Assembly (NCBI RefSeq): GCF_006345805.1
Contig: NC_043000.1
Span: 83,204,001 to 83,268,000, forward strand
DNA: 64,000 nucleotides
Source of the DNA: Octopus sinensis
Taxonomy: Eukaryota
Reading direction: 5' to 3'
Part shown: one piece after another, positions 1 through 12,665 of the stretch
How the letters are laid out: the number at the start of each line of letters is the position of its first letter
How positions within the stretch are numbered: the stretch's first letter is position 1
Notes under the pieces: model-generated
Told to the model about the DNA's origin: nothing
Seen by the model: the letters and a program-made list of their open reading frames with translations, nothing else
Databases searched by the model: none
Position numbers and translations under genes: made by a program

Positions 1-1157
1 ACTAGCAAACCAGCTCTTATGAGTCAGCATGACTTGAGAACCAAACTTTCCTTTTTTAAGGTGAAAAGGAATGGGGATAGAGTAACTGGAAGGGCTGATG
101 TGCTGAGGTTGCAAGAGCATATAGGGTAAGTGAGGGATGATTAAAGATGGAGTAGGGGTGAGAGCTGAATATAATGAATATTGAAAAGAGGTGGTCAATG
201 AAAATATGAGTTAGATGGCAGGTAGGAGGGAGAAGGTGATAGCTGTAAAGATTAGTTAAGGTTGAAAAGCAGAAGTAGTCAGTGGTAAAAAGGGTAGAGG
301 AATGGTTGATGGGTTGAAGGTAAGGTAGGAAAGAGTTAGTCATAACTGACAGTTATGAAAGAGATGAAGTATAGCAGAATAATAACAATAATCATAATAA
401 TAATAATAATAATAAAAGCATTGTCACTGTGAATCTTCTTTCCTCTTTCTCCATTATTTTCATTTTTTTTTCCATTTTTTCTTATTTCTTTTTACTCTCT
501 GTCTTTCTTCCCCTTTTTTCTATCACATGATTTTGTAAATGAACAATCTGATGTCTTTATTTTAATGGCTTACCAATGTGTACTGTGAGTTTCTTTGCCC
601 TATGTGTCAGGAAGACACTTAGCAAGAAATGGAAACAAAATTGAAAGAGGATAATAATAATAACAAGAGCACTCAGAGAGGGCAAACCTCCACCAAGGCA
701 ACACCAACATCCTCTCAACAATTAACTGGAGATGATTTTTAAAATAAGAATATCTGAAATAACTCGACTGCTTTCACAAATGAGAACACTAAAAATTAAC
801 CCGACCACTCTCAAAAATTAAGCAAAAAACTGGAAAAATAATCCAGAACCCTTGTCTGGTACTGGATTGATCCCAAAATCTAATCAGTACCAGTCATGAG
901 GCCAAACATCTCTGAAAGTTTCATCTGAATCCATCCAGCGGTTCTTGAGATATCTTGTCCACAGAGAAACAAACATGACTGAAAACAATACCTCTGTCTT
1001 CACTAAGGCAGAGGTAATAATAATCCTTTCTACTATAGGTACAAGGCCTGAAATTTGGGGAGAGGGGATAAATCAATTACATCAACTCCAATGTGTAACT
1101 GGTACTTATTTCATCAACCCCAAAAGGATTAAAAGCAAAGTCAACCTCAGTGGAACT

Positions 1158-1205
<48 letters not shown>

Positions 1206-1383
1206 GGAAATGATTAGAGAGAAAGAGGTAACATTTTGGTAGGTAAGTTGCAAGAATGTGCAAGTAATGGCAAACACTGCTTTAGAAGGGTGAGAGATGT
1301 ATGTTAGCAGAAAAGCTGACATGATTTGGTGGTACAGAAGAGTGATTAATGTAAACTGTGAATGGAGGAGGAAATATTAAGAA

Positions 1384-2039
1384 CTAGCTTAAAAGCCGCC
1401 TTAACTGGTGGCTTTTAAGCTGGCTCTTCTTTGGGCCTTGAGCCCAATAATGACACTTCATGCATTGAATACATATTAAATTTTATTAAACTTGACCATC
1501 ATTTTTCAAGCTATGAACAATTTTCGTCAAAACAATGATATAATATGTTGACTCAGAGCTTATTGCAAAGCTTCATGATAAACAACATTGTCTTCCCATT
1601 CAAGGGTCAGTACAATTTTTTTTTCTATCTAACCTTTTTCTTTCTCTCTATTTGTTGATTGCTTTCAACCATCACCAGTACCACCACCATCGCCACCACA
1701 ACTATACACACACCATTTAGACTTCTGATGCCACCACCATCACCACTGTCTTTCACATCCCTTACTGTCACCGTCAATCTTGACCACTTCAGCTACCACC
1801 ACCACCACCACCATCATCACCGTCACCTCCACCTTTATCGCAACTACAGCTCATACTGTTACTATCACCCCATTACCATCTCAACTATCAATCTACTACC
1901 GCCCTCAACATCTCTATGCCTACTATTACTCTTACCCCAGCAAGAAGTGTAGAAGATGTGTCATTCAATAGTGAGAGAAGGGGATCAAAGTGTGACACAC
2001 TGACACACAGAAATTCGTTTTGGCATTTATTATTATAGA
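1384..2039 (-). mobile_element. Non-autonomous Helitron-like element
   Basis: Minus strand starts A|TCTATAATAATAAA and ends CTAG|T, with a 15-bp-stem palindrome at 1386-1421. Confidence 0.6.
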
Positions 2040-2559
2040 TAAAGAGTGGATATCAAGTGATATAGTCCTGGATAGTAAGGAAGACAAGTAGTATCACAGT
2101 AAAAAGATAATGATGCAGTATGTAGTTCCATTTTATTTAATTGCAGCAGTAGAATACTGCAGTCAGGCAAGTGATGGAGAGATCAGTGAGAGAGAAATGA
2201 TGGTTTATGGAGAAGGTTTGATAAGAGTTGAAGAATCCCCGTATATATATAGTGCTTCCGGAAACTTAGTTGAGATGTGTGTCTTTTCAAGCACCAGATA
2301 TCATCAATCATCCAAGTTCTTTGTCATCTCCCCCATGAGGTTTAAAGTCCCAGGACAGCCATCAATGCTTTCTCCAATATATTCCTAGATCTCCCTTTTC
2401 AACAAGCTCCATCCATATTGATTTCAAATTTCTGGCACAAGGCCAGCAGTTTCAGAGGAGGAGTAAGGTCCTTATTTTAGTGACCCTGAAAGGATGAAAG
2501 GCAAAGTCAACCTCAGAATGTGAAGACAGATGAAATAATAAGATATATCCCTATTTATG

Positions 2560-2920
2560 CAGCCACCCTCATCCACACACATCACACGTCCATACCAGCT
2601 CAGTCTTCACTTTTGTACACCTTATTTGACTCCATTTATGCACAGTTTTTCTCTCAACACATATTTCATTGTTTATGCACATTAACATTGCACATCCAAC
2701 AGAGCATGCTAATTTCATTTCATTCTAATTTTTGCAAGTCCTCTGCATTCAAGGCTTACATCTCCTTGCCCCGTAGCATTGCTGTTTCTACACAAACATC
2801 ATACAATCTACCTTTCATTCTGAAACAGAAACCTTTTATTACTATGACTAGCTCTCTCAACTTTCTCCAGCCTTCTTATTCTAGCAACTATACTTTCAAA
2901 ACTTCCTCCTTAACTGCTTG
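2560..2920 (-). mobile_element. Degraded RTE 3' coding fragment
   Basis: The reverse strand resembles the ...MLCWMCNV... region of the RTE C-terminus. Confidence 0.5.
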
Positions 2921-4304
2921 TGAATACAGTGATTCAAATTCGATTTCTAGGTAGTGAGTTAGTGTATGAGACTTTGCCAAATATTCCTGCTATAAGCTAA
3001 AAACAGAAGTGTAACAGTAAGTGTTTAGCATTCAGTTAAATGGCCATTCTTTGGATAGGTTATAAGAAGTATTGTAGTATGTAACCAGAACTCTAATGTT
3101 GTCTTTTAATTTATATGAAATCAACTACTGTTCAGGACTGAAGTGTTTTCTAGCCAAGAAACCCTAGCCTTTGGGATGCAGTTTTGGTGATGTGAGGTCA
3201 CCATGAGAGGTTGAGATTTAGAAATTTTATCGAATTTGAAGGCTTCCTTTGTATTTTATTCATAAGTAATATTGCTTGGAAATGTGAGAAAATTTTCTTT
3301 TTGGGATGTTGCAAAAGACTAGGTTTCATTACCCTATTAGGCAATGAAAAAAGATAGCTCTACACTCCGTTTAAAAGCTCACTATAAAGGGAAGCAACTC
3401 TTCTGTTTCTTTCTTCCACCTCAGATTTTTATTTGCAGTCTGTTGTTGTTTTCGAGAGATTTCGTGAATAGATTTCAGTCTTCATTTAATGCCACTTTTT
3501 TGTTTTGTAGAGACATGAAGAATAAATATAATATTTTTTAATTGTGTTGATTGCGTCTTTTACTGTTAGCTACAGTCATGTTCCGTTGTCGCCATTAGTT
3601 ATACAAAAACGGATACCTTTCTAATAATAGTTTCTTCTATTTAAATTGTTGTCTCATCTTTCTTTTTTATTTCAACGTGATTAACGTAGGTTGATGTTTG
3701 CTACTTATCCGTGCAGCAATCATCGTTATCCTTGGTCCGTTAAAGTACTTGTGACTTCCTTGTTTACTAATCAACATTAAAACCGGTAAACACAAACAGT
3801 TTATTCCGGTTAGAGGGTGATGTGTTGAAAGGACACAAAAGAAATTGTCAATTTAAACTTTCCTTCGAAGTAATTTTTAGCTTATTCACCAACGAAACCA
3901 ACTTCGAGAGACAGTTAGTCGTTATACAAGTTCGTATACTCTAAATTTTCTTTGATTCTACTTATGTACACTTTGGATAGAATAATCTGCTAACGTGTAT
4001 ATTACATAACGTGTGAATATATATATCCGAAAAATCCTTCGCCTTATTTCAGGTATTTTTATTTAAGATTACCTGGTAACTGTTATTGCTCTAATTTTTT
4101 AGATCTCGCTACGCAGCTTCTCCTGAAATATCAAGAAAGAATTAGTAGAAGTAAAGAAAAAATAAACATAATTTTTTTTTAAATTACATAATAAGTCATC
4201 TGTTTTTCTTATATAACCTTTTTTTCTCTATAAATTCTTTGTAATTATTGGAGCTGTTTTTTCGTGTTTATTTTTTACTTAATATTGTTTGATGTCTTTG
4301 TAGA

Positions 4305-4359
4305 ATGTCTTTCTCCTGTTGGTTTGGTTCTGAACATTACCGAGACCATTTCGAAGATG
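4305..4359 (+). CDS. MSRB1: MSRB1 (selenoprotein R/X, methionine-R-sulfoxide reductase B1) coding exon 1
   Basis: Translates to MSFSCWFGSEHYRDHFED-G, colinear with the vertebrate MsrB1 N-terminus (MSFCSFFGGEVFQNHFEPG). Ends at a phase-1 donor G|GTAAGG. Preceded by acceptor TTTGTAG at 4297-4303, implying an upstream UTR exon. Confidence 0.9.
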
Positions 4360-4557
4360 GTAAGGAAGTAATTTTGATTTCAAATAATTGTCCTCTTTTA
4401 TTCTGTCTGTCGATATTAATTGATCCCAGTTATTGTCGTTAAGGTAAACCACATGAAATAACCAACCTATTTTCATTAGGATCAACCAGTAACGCTTAGA
4501 AACTAATTATTACTTTATATTTATTTGGTTTTACGTAATGTAATTATGGATTTATTG

Positions 4558-4742
4558 CTGTTGATCGAAGTGATTGGTTATTGATGAGTGAACTGATTTG
4601 TTATAATTTATTTGTTGTTGATCAAACTGATTAGTTCTTGACGATGGAACTGATTTCTTATTACGTCTTGTTGATCGAACAGATGTGTTATCTTGTTGAT
4701 AATGGAACTGATTGGTGTTGATCGAATTGATTTGTTATTGAT
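4558..4742. repeat. Degenerate short tandem repeat
   Basis: Recurrent GTTGATCGAACTGATT(G/T)GTTATT-like units. Confidence 0.6.
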
Positions 4743-4904
4743 TTAAATTGTAAGCACAAAATCTCTTTTCATTCGCCCTTACGGCTTACTTTTTCTATCG
4801 CTTTACAATTTTTCAAAAGCAGTTTGTTTTAAAGCGACAGAATCGCAACTCATTCCGAAGACGTAGGCAAATATTGGGACAAAAATATACGGCAATATTA
4901 CTAT

Positions 4905-5390
4905 CTAATAGTTTAATTGGAGTAGTTTTAATTAATACTTTTACCGAGATGGTTTTAATTATTATCCTGATTGGTACAGTTTTAAGTATTACCTTAACTG
5001 GAAGTTTTAATTAATACCTTAAACAGCAGTTTTAATCAATACCTTAACTGCGGCAGCTTTAATTATTACCTTAATTGTCGCAGTTTTAATTAATACCTTA
5101 ATTGTTGCAGTTTTAATTAATACTTTAATTGGTGCAGTTTTACTTAATACCTTAATTGGAAGATGTAATTCTTTAATTGCAGTAGTTTTAATTATTACCT
5201 TAATTGGAGCTGTGTTAATTATTACTTCGATTGGAACAGTTTTAATTACTATCTTAATTGGTGCTGTTTCAGTTAATACCTTAATTGGAGCGGTTTTAAG
5301 TATTACCTTAACTTGGGTAATTTTGATAATTACCGTAATCAATGCAGTTTTAATTATTACATTAACTAAGTTTTAACTAATATCTTGAGG
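4905..5390. repeat. 27-bp AT-rich minisatellite (about 17 diverged units) in MSRB1 intron 1
   Basis: Unit approximately GCAGTTTTAATTATTACCTTAATTGGA; it produces the spurious repetitive ORF 5019-5342. Confidence 0.9.
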
Positions 5391-5812
5391 CAGTCTTGTT
5401 TTTCAGCTGGGATGTTTTTTTTTGTGAGGGCTACATTTTGTTTTGTTTTTATATTAATATAGTCCGATTTATTCGACCTAATTAAATTAATCCATTAATT
5501 TGTTTATTTATTAAGGATGGTTTCCATGTTTAAAAATTGAGATTCTGATTTTATTAGCAAATATTCTTTTGATAAAAGGCAGTCAAACTTTTAAGAAGGA
5601 ATTTATTTTTCTCATAGTTTGCAGGTATATTTTTAGCTGTTTGTTATGTAACTAGAAAAAATGTGTGTGTATGTATGTGCATATAGTTATGTAAATGTTT
5701 GTAGGTGTGTGCTTATATATGTTTATATGTGTGTGTTCTATCTATCTGTCTATATGTTTGTATATATGTGAGTATATGTATGTATAAATGTGTGAATATG
5801 TATGTGTATATG

Positions 5813-5881
<69 letters not shown>

Positions 5882-5983
5882 TCGGGGTGAGTACTTGATA
5901 ATTATAAGCACCTGTGTATACCGTTTGGTGGTGTAGGTGGTGGAGTAAATTGATCAAAATAAAAACATGATGCGAAGGATTCA

Positions 5984-6061
5984 GCGGTACATATGTTTCG
6001 GGCCTTTATTAGACAGATTTATAACAATGCATAATGTATGTCTGTGGCCTTCTTCAGCCGC
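5984..6061 (-). ncRNA. Type I hammerhead ribozyme motif (Penelope-like-element type)
   Basis: Minus strand reads GCGG-CTGAAGA-A-GGCC...GGCC-C-GAAA-CATATG-TA-CCGC: stem I GCGG/CCGC, CUGANGA core, long stem II, GAAA, palindromic stem III (ACATATGT), GUA cleavage triplet. Confidence 0.7.
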
Positions 6062-6448
6062 GCACAACAGCTTCCACAAGGACATGTGTTACATCAGAAA
6101 TTCTTGGTTGGGGATGCAAATCCTCCCATTCGCGTACGACATAATGCGGCAGCAGCATAGAATTGAAGCGTCCATCTCTTTCTTCTCTCAATGTAGGATG
6201 AGGAAAAATGGATGTTGAAGTAATGTAAATAAATAAATACATGTATATACGTGAAGATGGGCGAGAATTCAGGACGTACATTGCAAGTGTAATCTGTGAG
6301 TGGAGCAGTTAAAATATGCAAGACTTTTCTCAAGTTCTAAATGTGAGTTTGTCTGTGTTAACTACACCCCAAAGATAGAGCCTTGTATTTTTGTTGAAAA
6401 CCGGTCCCCTCCTCATTGGAAGATTTATAATAATTAAAAACTAGAAGA

Positions 6449-6513
<65 letters not shown>

Positions 6514-7233
6514 ATAGGTATATATATTTGCATGTATGTGTATGTATATTTATGTGTGTCTGTGTGTGTGTTTCCATGTATGTATATAGGTGTGCATGAT
6601 ACATGTATGCCTTCAGTTTCTTTATTAGAAATTTTGTTTGAGGGCTGTAGCAGGTTCAAAACAGAAAGTTCCATCACTGGAATTTGGAAAACAATAATGA
6701 TAATTGTTACATATTGAACTTTAAGAAATTCCTGCATGTTTTTACTGTTTCACTAACAGATTGTATTTGTAAAGTTTCATGTTGGCCAGTTCCTTGCTAT
6801 TCTTGAAAATCCTAGCTTTTCCAGATTTCAACTTAGGCATTTACTAACATAACCAATTGCACCAATGGCAGGGTAACTAACCTCTATGACTGTGTATAAC
6901 TTTTCTTTTCTGTCCCAAATAATTATATCAAGCCTTTTGTTTTTGGACATAGTCAAAGTCTTGATTGGAATATTCTACCAATATTCCATGTATTGGTATT
7001 CTGCTACTTGTTTCAGTCATTTGACTGCGGCCATGCTGGAGCACTGCCTTAAAGGGATTTTTAGTTGAAGAAGTTGACCCCAAGACTTATTCTTTGTAAG
7101 CCTAGTACTTATTCAATAGGTTTCTTTTGCCAAACCGCTAAATTATGGGGACATAAACACACCAACGTCAGTTGTCAAGCAATGGTGGGGGTACAAATAT
7201 AGACACAAAGGCACACACACATAAATATATATA

Positions 7234-7278
<45 letters not shown>

Positions 7279-8367
7279 ATTAAAAAAAGGAGAAAAAAGG
7301 ACAAGAAAAAACATGAAGATGTTGTACATACAAAGTATTCTTTTTTTTTCCATAGTCGAATGAATTCTCCTGTGTAGAACACAAATATACAAAAATTTTC
7401 TGAAAATTCCCAAAAAATAAAAAAGTTATGAGGGGGTTATATGGCATGCATAAAGCAGAATTCCACAAGTATCTTTTTAATATTTATCTCCAGGAAGTCT
7501 TTTCTGCAACATCATGTCACAGTGGGAGGTAGTATCTCAATGACCTTTTTGGGACAGCTGTTAATTACATGTGTTATGTCCTCTACAGAGGAATAATTTG
7601 ATTGACACTTGCTGTTGTATCTTGGAAGTTTAAGGTCTTTGTGTCTCATGTGTTCATTATGTATGTATGTATGTGTGTGTGTGTGTGTTTTAACAACTTT
7701 AAAATTAATCCATTATGTTTCCATGAATGACTAATTATTAATGGATATTATTACACATGCACAAGCACAAAGATACATTTAGGGAAAAGCATGCTATATT
7801 TAACAGCTGTTGATTGAACATAAAGTTGCCAAGAAAACAGAATTATTGCTCTATTAGAATTTCGAAACAATTTTTTTTCTTATTTTCCTATTATTATACT
7901 TTTGAGCTATTAATATCAGTTGGCTTCTAATACCTGAATTAAATATTTATCATTTATCTGGTTCTATGCAATGTGGTTACGGCTTGTTATTTATTGAGTA
8001 GTGTTTAGGCACACAATTTGTTGTTTGAATGACTAATTGTTTATGTAAGTCCAGGAGGTATCGTTACCCAGAAGAGCAATGAATTTCCATGGGAAAAGCA
8101 CTTGAAATGCAGAAATGTTCATGGGTTGTAGTATTTGTTGCTGTAGAGTTGTGTCTGAGAGTAAATGGCAATTTTCCCCTGCAATGAAGTTCTCAGCATC
8201 TTTAATAAATCACTTTGATTTGAGAGCAATTGGTATATAACTTGGAGACAAATTTAGGAAAGGGAAGACTCTCCTATTTTTACTATGACCAATGTACTGA
8301 AATTAGTAGTATTTTACCCAGTGTGCTAACAATTCTGTGAGTTTACTACCCTAATTAATAGTAATAG

Positions 8368-8810
8368 TGCTTTCAAATTTTGGCACAAGGCCAGCAAGTT
8401 CGGGAAGGGATAAGTTGATCACATCAACCCCAGTGCTCAACTACTACTTATTTTATCAATCCCAAAAGGATGAAAGGCAAAGTCAACCGCAGAGGAATTT
8501 GAACTCAGAACATAAAGGCAGACAAAATGCCGCTAAGCATTTTGCCTAATGTGCTAACAATTCCATGAGTTTGCTGCCCTAATTGATAATAATATTGATT
8601 TCAAATTTTGACACAAGGCCAGCAAGTTCGGGGAGGAGGTAAGTCAATTACATCCACCCCAATGCTCAACTGGTACTTATTTTATTGACTCTGAAAGATG
8701 AAAGGCAAAGTTGACCTCAGCAAAATTTGAACTCAGAACATAAAGTCGGACAAAATGCCGCTAAGCATTTTGCCCAGTGTACTAATGATTCTGTCAGCTT
8801 GCCACCCTAA
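8368..8810 (-). mobile_element. Two tandem SINE family A copies
   Basis: Shared core CTGGTACTTATTTTAT.GAC.C.GAAAGGATGAAAGGCAAAGT.GACCTC. Other copies at about 1020-1160, 2420-2530, 14930-15130, 18385-18590, 18945-19060, 34843-35040, 42258-42388, 46742-47105. Confidence 0.8.
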
Positions 8811-8917
8811 TTAATAGTAATATAACAATGCTGTTAATAGTCTAGAATACCCTAAGTACTTGAGATATTAGAATATTTATGCTATTTATTTCATTGCTTT
8901 CTTCTTTCATTTCGTAG

Positions 8918-9060
8918 GTACATACAACTGTGCTGAATGCAACACTCCTTTGTTTGACAGTTTGAAAAAGTATGAACACACTTCTCCGTGGCCAGCTTTT
9001 TTCAGTTTAATTCATCCAGATCTTGTCAGCAGATATCAAGAATCTCCTTCTGCAATCAAA
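8918..9060 (+). CDS. MSRB1: MSRB1 coding exon 2
   Basis: Pyrimidine tract plus TTCGTAG acceptor. Translates to (G)TYNCAECNTPLFDSLKKYEHTSPWPAFFSLIHPDLVSRYQESPSAIK, with the Zn-binding CxxC and the KY.H.SPWPAF motif. Phase-0 donor AAA|GTAATT; phases match exons 1 and 3. Confidence 0.95.
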
Positions 9061-11598
9061 GTAATTTATTATTTCTAATGTTTCTTTGTTTTTTTTTTAA
9101 ATTTATTTCTTTAGTTGTGGCTATTACTGGTGTCATGTAAATGGCACCTGTGCTGGTGGCACGTAAAAAGCACCCATTACACTCAGAGTGGTTAGCGTTA
9201 GGAAGGGCATCTAGCTGTAGAAACTATGCCAAATCAAACTGGAGCCTGGTGCAGCTCTCTGGCTTACCAGTTCCAGTCAAACCGTCCAACCCATGCCAGC
9301 ATGGAAAACAGACATTAAAGGATGATGATGATTGTGAAGTCATGTGACCTAGTGATTAGCGTATTGCATTTATGATCACAAGATCATGGTTTTGATTCTC
9401 AAACCAGATAGTGCATTGTTTTCTTGAGCAAAACACTTCATTTTTGTGTAGCTCTAATCCACTCAGCTGCAAATGACAGACTGGTGTCCTGTTCAGGGAG
9501 AATATTGGAATCTCAGTCACTTATACAATATGGAAATTGGGTAACTGAGATTAAGAAACTTCTTCTACTCCAGAAAATAAAAGGAATATTGAGAAGTAAT
9601 ATTTGTTGCCTCTTCAACATGGGTCTTCCTTATGAACTGGCATTGTTACCATTTTTAACTTCCTCTAGCTGGTTATCAATGTAATCTGTGTCCTATATAC
9701 ATTGCAAGCAAAGGAGCAAACCCCTGCCATCTACTAGCGAGACAACAGGACCACCTGGTTGATAGGGGTTAATAGATGGTAGGTATTCGCTCCCCTGCTT
9801 GCAAAATATATTGGGTGCAGTTGCATTAGCTAGAGGCATCCTCTTGGATGTTAAAATGGTAGTAACATCAGTTCATACAGGACTACTTCTCAGGTTAGTT
9901 TCTACTTTCATCTCATAGAGATTTTCTAACTAAAGGGAATATTGGCTTTTAACTTGATTTAAATATTTTATTTCTTCTTAATCTATACTAAGGAATCAAG
10001 ATCATTCATTATTCAAAATCTATTGCATTCTGTTTGTTACTTATTGAGAAAGAAGTGTTGTTAACATTAGTAAGCATAGTAAATGATAAAAACACCTTGA
10101 GAATGTGTGTACTTGTGTAATCATCCATATTTTCATAGTCATTAAATTTATGTTAACAAAATGCATTGAAATCTATATAAGCACACGTGCACACACACGC
10201 GTATACACACACACACACACACATCTCCACACACACCCTCTATTATGTGTAAGAAAGTCCAAAGCTCAATTCCTCAGAGCTAGCTAACTTCATGCTATCT
10301 CCATCTAGACCCACCAGACAACTTTTCCCTGTCTCTCCACATCTTGTCATTGATATAGTATCTGAAACCCACCAATGTCCTGCATTAACTACCATGTCCA
10401 GTCTTTCCTTCTCGCTATTTTCACCTTCCTTCCTACCTATGGTTTTCCTGCTGGTATTCACACGGAACATCAGCCATATCATTATCACCAGTCTTTAGAA
10501 GGAATTTCAAAAGTTATAAGCACTTCCTCCCATCTTCATTAAGTCTGAAGAAAAGAGAAATATATATATATATATATATATATACACCATAAAAACCCAT
10601 GTAATTTATGCTCTTTTTTCACAAAAACGAAAATAAACTTTAGTGGTTGCATAAATTACATGAGTAGATTGTTTCCAAAATTTTTTTAGAAATTCTTTTG
10701 TTGGAAAATGACATATAAATGTAAACATTCATACCATAAGTTGACTCATTTAATGTCAGAATAGGTTTTTACCGAAAAAATAATGGCTTAAATATAATGA
10801 TGTTGACTTTTATTTATGATGGATAGTATAATGCTTACTTTTCCTGTATAAATTTACTAAAACCATTAAATAGATAACTACTTTTTGAAGTTTGACGTTC
10901 ATGCTGGTAATCACAGTCTGGGTCATATTTTACATTGCTTGGAGTTTCTACCTACTGCAATGGAGCCCAGCAATTTCCTTAAATAGATCAGTTTTTCTCC
11001 ACTTAAGAAGTCTAGCTTGTGTTTGCCTCCAGGAAGCTATTGCTTGCTTTCTCCATATTAGGACAATGAAATTCATCACCACTGATATTGCTGCTACCAG
11101 CTCTCACTGCATCTGACACCGACGACAAGATCATAATTCATCCTTGTGCATATAAATTCAGTAAGTGAATATGACTTAGCGTTCCTACAGAAACCTTCAT
11201 TTACCCTATATGATGTTTAATGTCATTTTACATTCATGTTGAATTACACAGCAATCTTATGTTCTCTTCACAGAACACTTGTAATGTATGTATTACTGGT
11301 TCTTTTGCTATATAGATGTGTATATTCTAACAAGTCGCTTCTTAAATTTCGCACCTCTCTTGTTGAAGAAACACTGAATTAAACTTGCAAAGCTGTTTAT
11401 TTTCTCCTTTCAATTTTTAATGTTTATTTTAACGGGTTACCAAACTTGGTCTCCCAGGTAAAATGGTAATGACAAATTTTTCAGTTTGCTTGACATTTTA
11501 TAAGTATGAAAGGGATTCAAGTTTCAATACTCTGTATCAAAGGTTCTGACAAGAATAGGTTGAAAATCAGAGGTTGAGACAAGAAGACACTTTCAACC

Positions 11599-12146
11599 AA
11601 TCAGAATTCTGTAGTAAAGATTGTTTGCCAACATAACATGGCAGTCCTGGTTTAGGACGAATGTTGCTGTAATTTAGCCCCATGAGACATCGTCTCCAGC
11701 TGTCTATACAACATGACCTGTGTCCTTATATTTTTGAACAAGGGAATCTAGCACCCCCACTCAGCCCAAAACAATATCTGTGTATTGCGATTTCCAGGTT
11801 GTTTCCCTTCATCAGCACAGAATAATTGTTTGGTTAGAGGTGGTGCTGCCAAATTCCCATTCGAAATATATAGTTTTCAATGTGACAACTAGTCACTGAT
11901 CTATAAATTACAAAATTACTATTTTTAAATCTCACAACGAGATTCCCTTGTTCAAAAATATAAGAGTACAGATCATGTCATATAGCTAGCTGGAGACGAT
12001 GTCTCCAGGGGCTAAATTACAGCAACATTCGTCCTAAACCAGGACTGCCATGTTATGTTGGCAAACAATCTGTACTACAAAGTACTGTTGCTGAATATCT
12101 CTTGTTGTGAGATTTAAAATGAGTAGTTTTCTAATCAGAATTCTGT
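11599..12146. mobile_element. Inverted-repeat insertion, probably a Penelope-like element end, flanked by a 14-bp direct repeat
   Basis: About 140-bp inverted arms (11610-11749 vs 11940-12079). AATCAGAATTCTGT occurs at 11599-11612 and 12133-12146. A hammerhead motif lies in the spacer. Confidence 0.65.
11778..11820 (-). ncRNA. Minimal type I hammerhead ribozyme motif
   Basis: Minus strand reads CTGTG-CTGATGA-AGG-GAAACAA-CCT-G-GAAA-TCGCAA-TA-CACAG. Stem I extends further (AACAAT/ATTGTT). The base of stem II is imperfect. Confidence 0.55.
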
Positions 12147-12665
12147 TTACATAATCAGTTTAATCGGTCATCTTCCCCTGTCGATTGAGTAAACTGTCAT
12201 CCAAACTGATGTTTATTGGTAATTAAAATTATTTTGCAACTCTTGAGCATATTTATCAGCTTTGTTTTTGTTGATAAGAATTATCAACAACTTTTCTGGT
12301 GATCGTGATTTGAGAAGACATACAGAAGTATGCTAAAGATCAGACATAATTTCTTGTGAGCAAGAAATGTAAAACAATGTTTATTATAAACACAAACACT
12401 TCATAATTTAATAGCTTTCAATGTGATAACTGTTAAACAGAAATTATTTTTATTTAATGAAAATTTAATAAAATCTAATCATAAGTAAGTGAAATTATGC
12501 TAATTACAACTAAAGTGAAGACTTTTTTCTCCTGGCCATACTGGCAATTATGAAAACTTTTGGGTGCAAATTTTAAATGAGTAGAAGCTTTTTTAAAAAA
12601 TTTTATCCTGTAAACCATGTGCATAAATTACACAAGTGCGCAAATTACATTGGTTTTTCACAGTA

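Larger units (their letters stand above)
10585..12663. mobile_element. Old pogo/Tigger-like DNA transposon hosting the 11599-12146 insertion
   Basis: Imperfect TIRs CCATAAAAACCCATGTAATTTATGC / GCGCAAATTACATTGGTTTTTCACAG between TA runs. Confidence 0.4.

Noticed and set aside
1659-1971. His/Thr-rich ORFs
   Set aside because: Derived from (CAC)n low-complexity sequence inside a Helitron-like repeat.
5019-5342. Repetitive 107-aa ORF (KTAPIKVII)n
   Set aside because: Translation of a 27-bp minisatellite, antisense in an intron, with no splice or start support.
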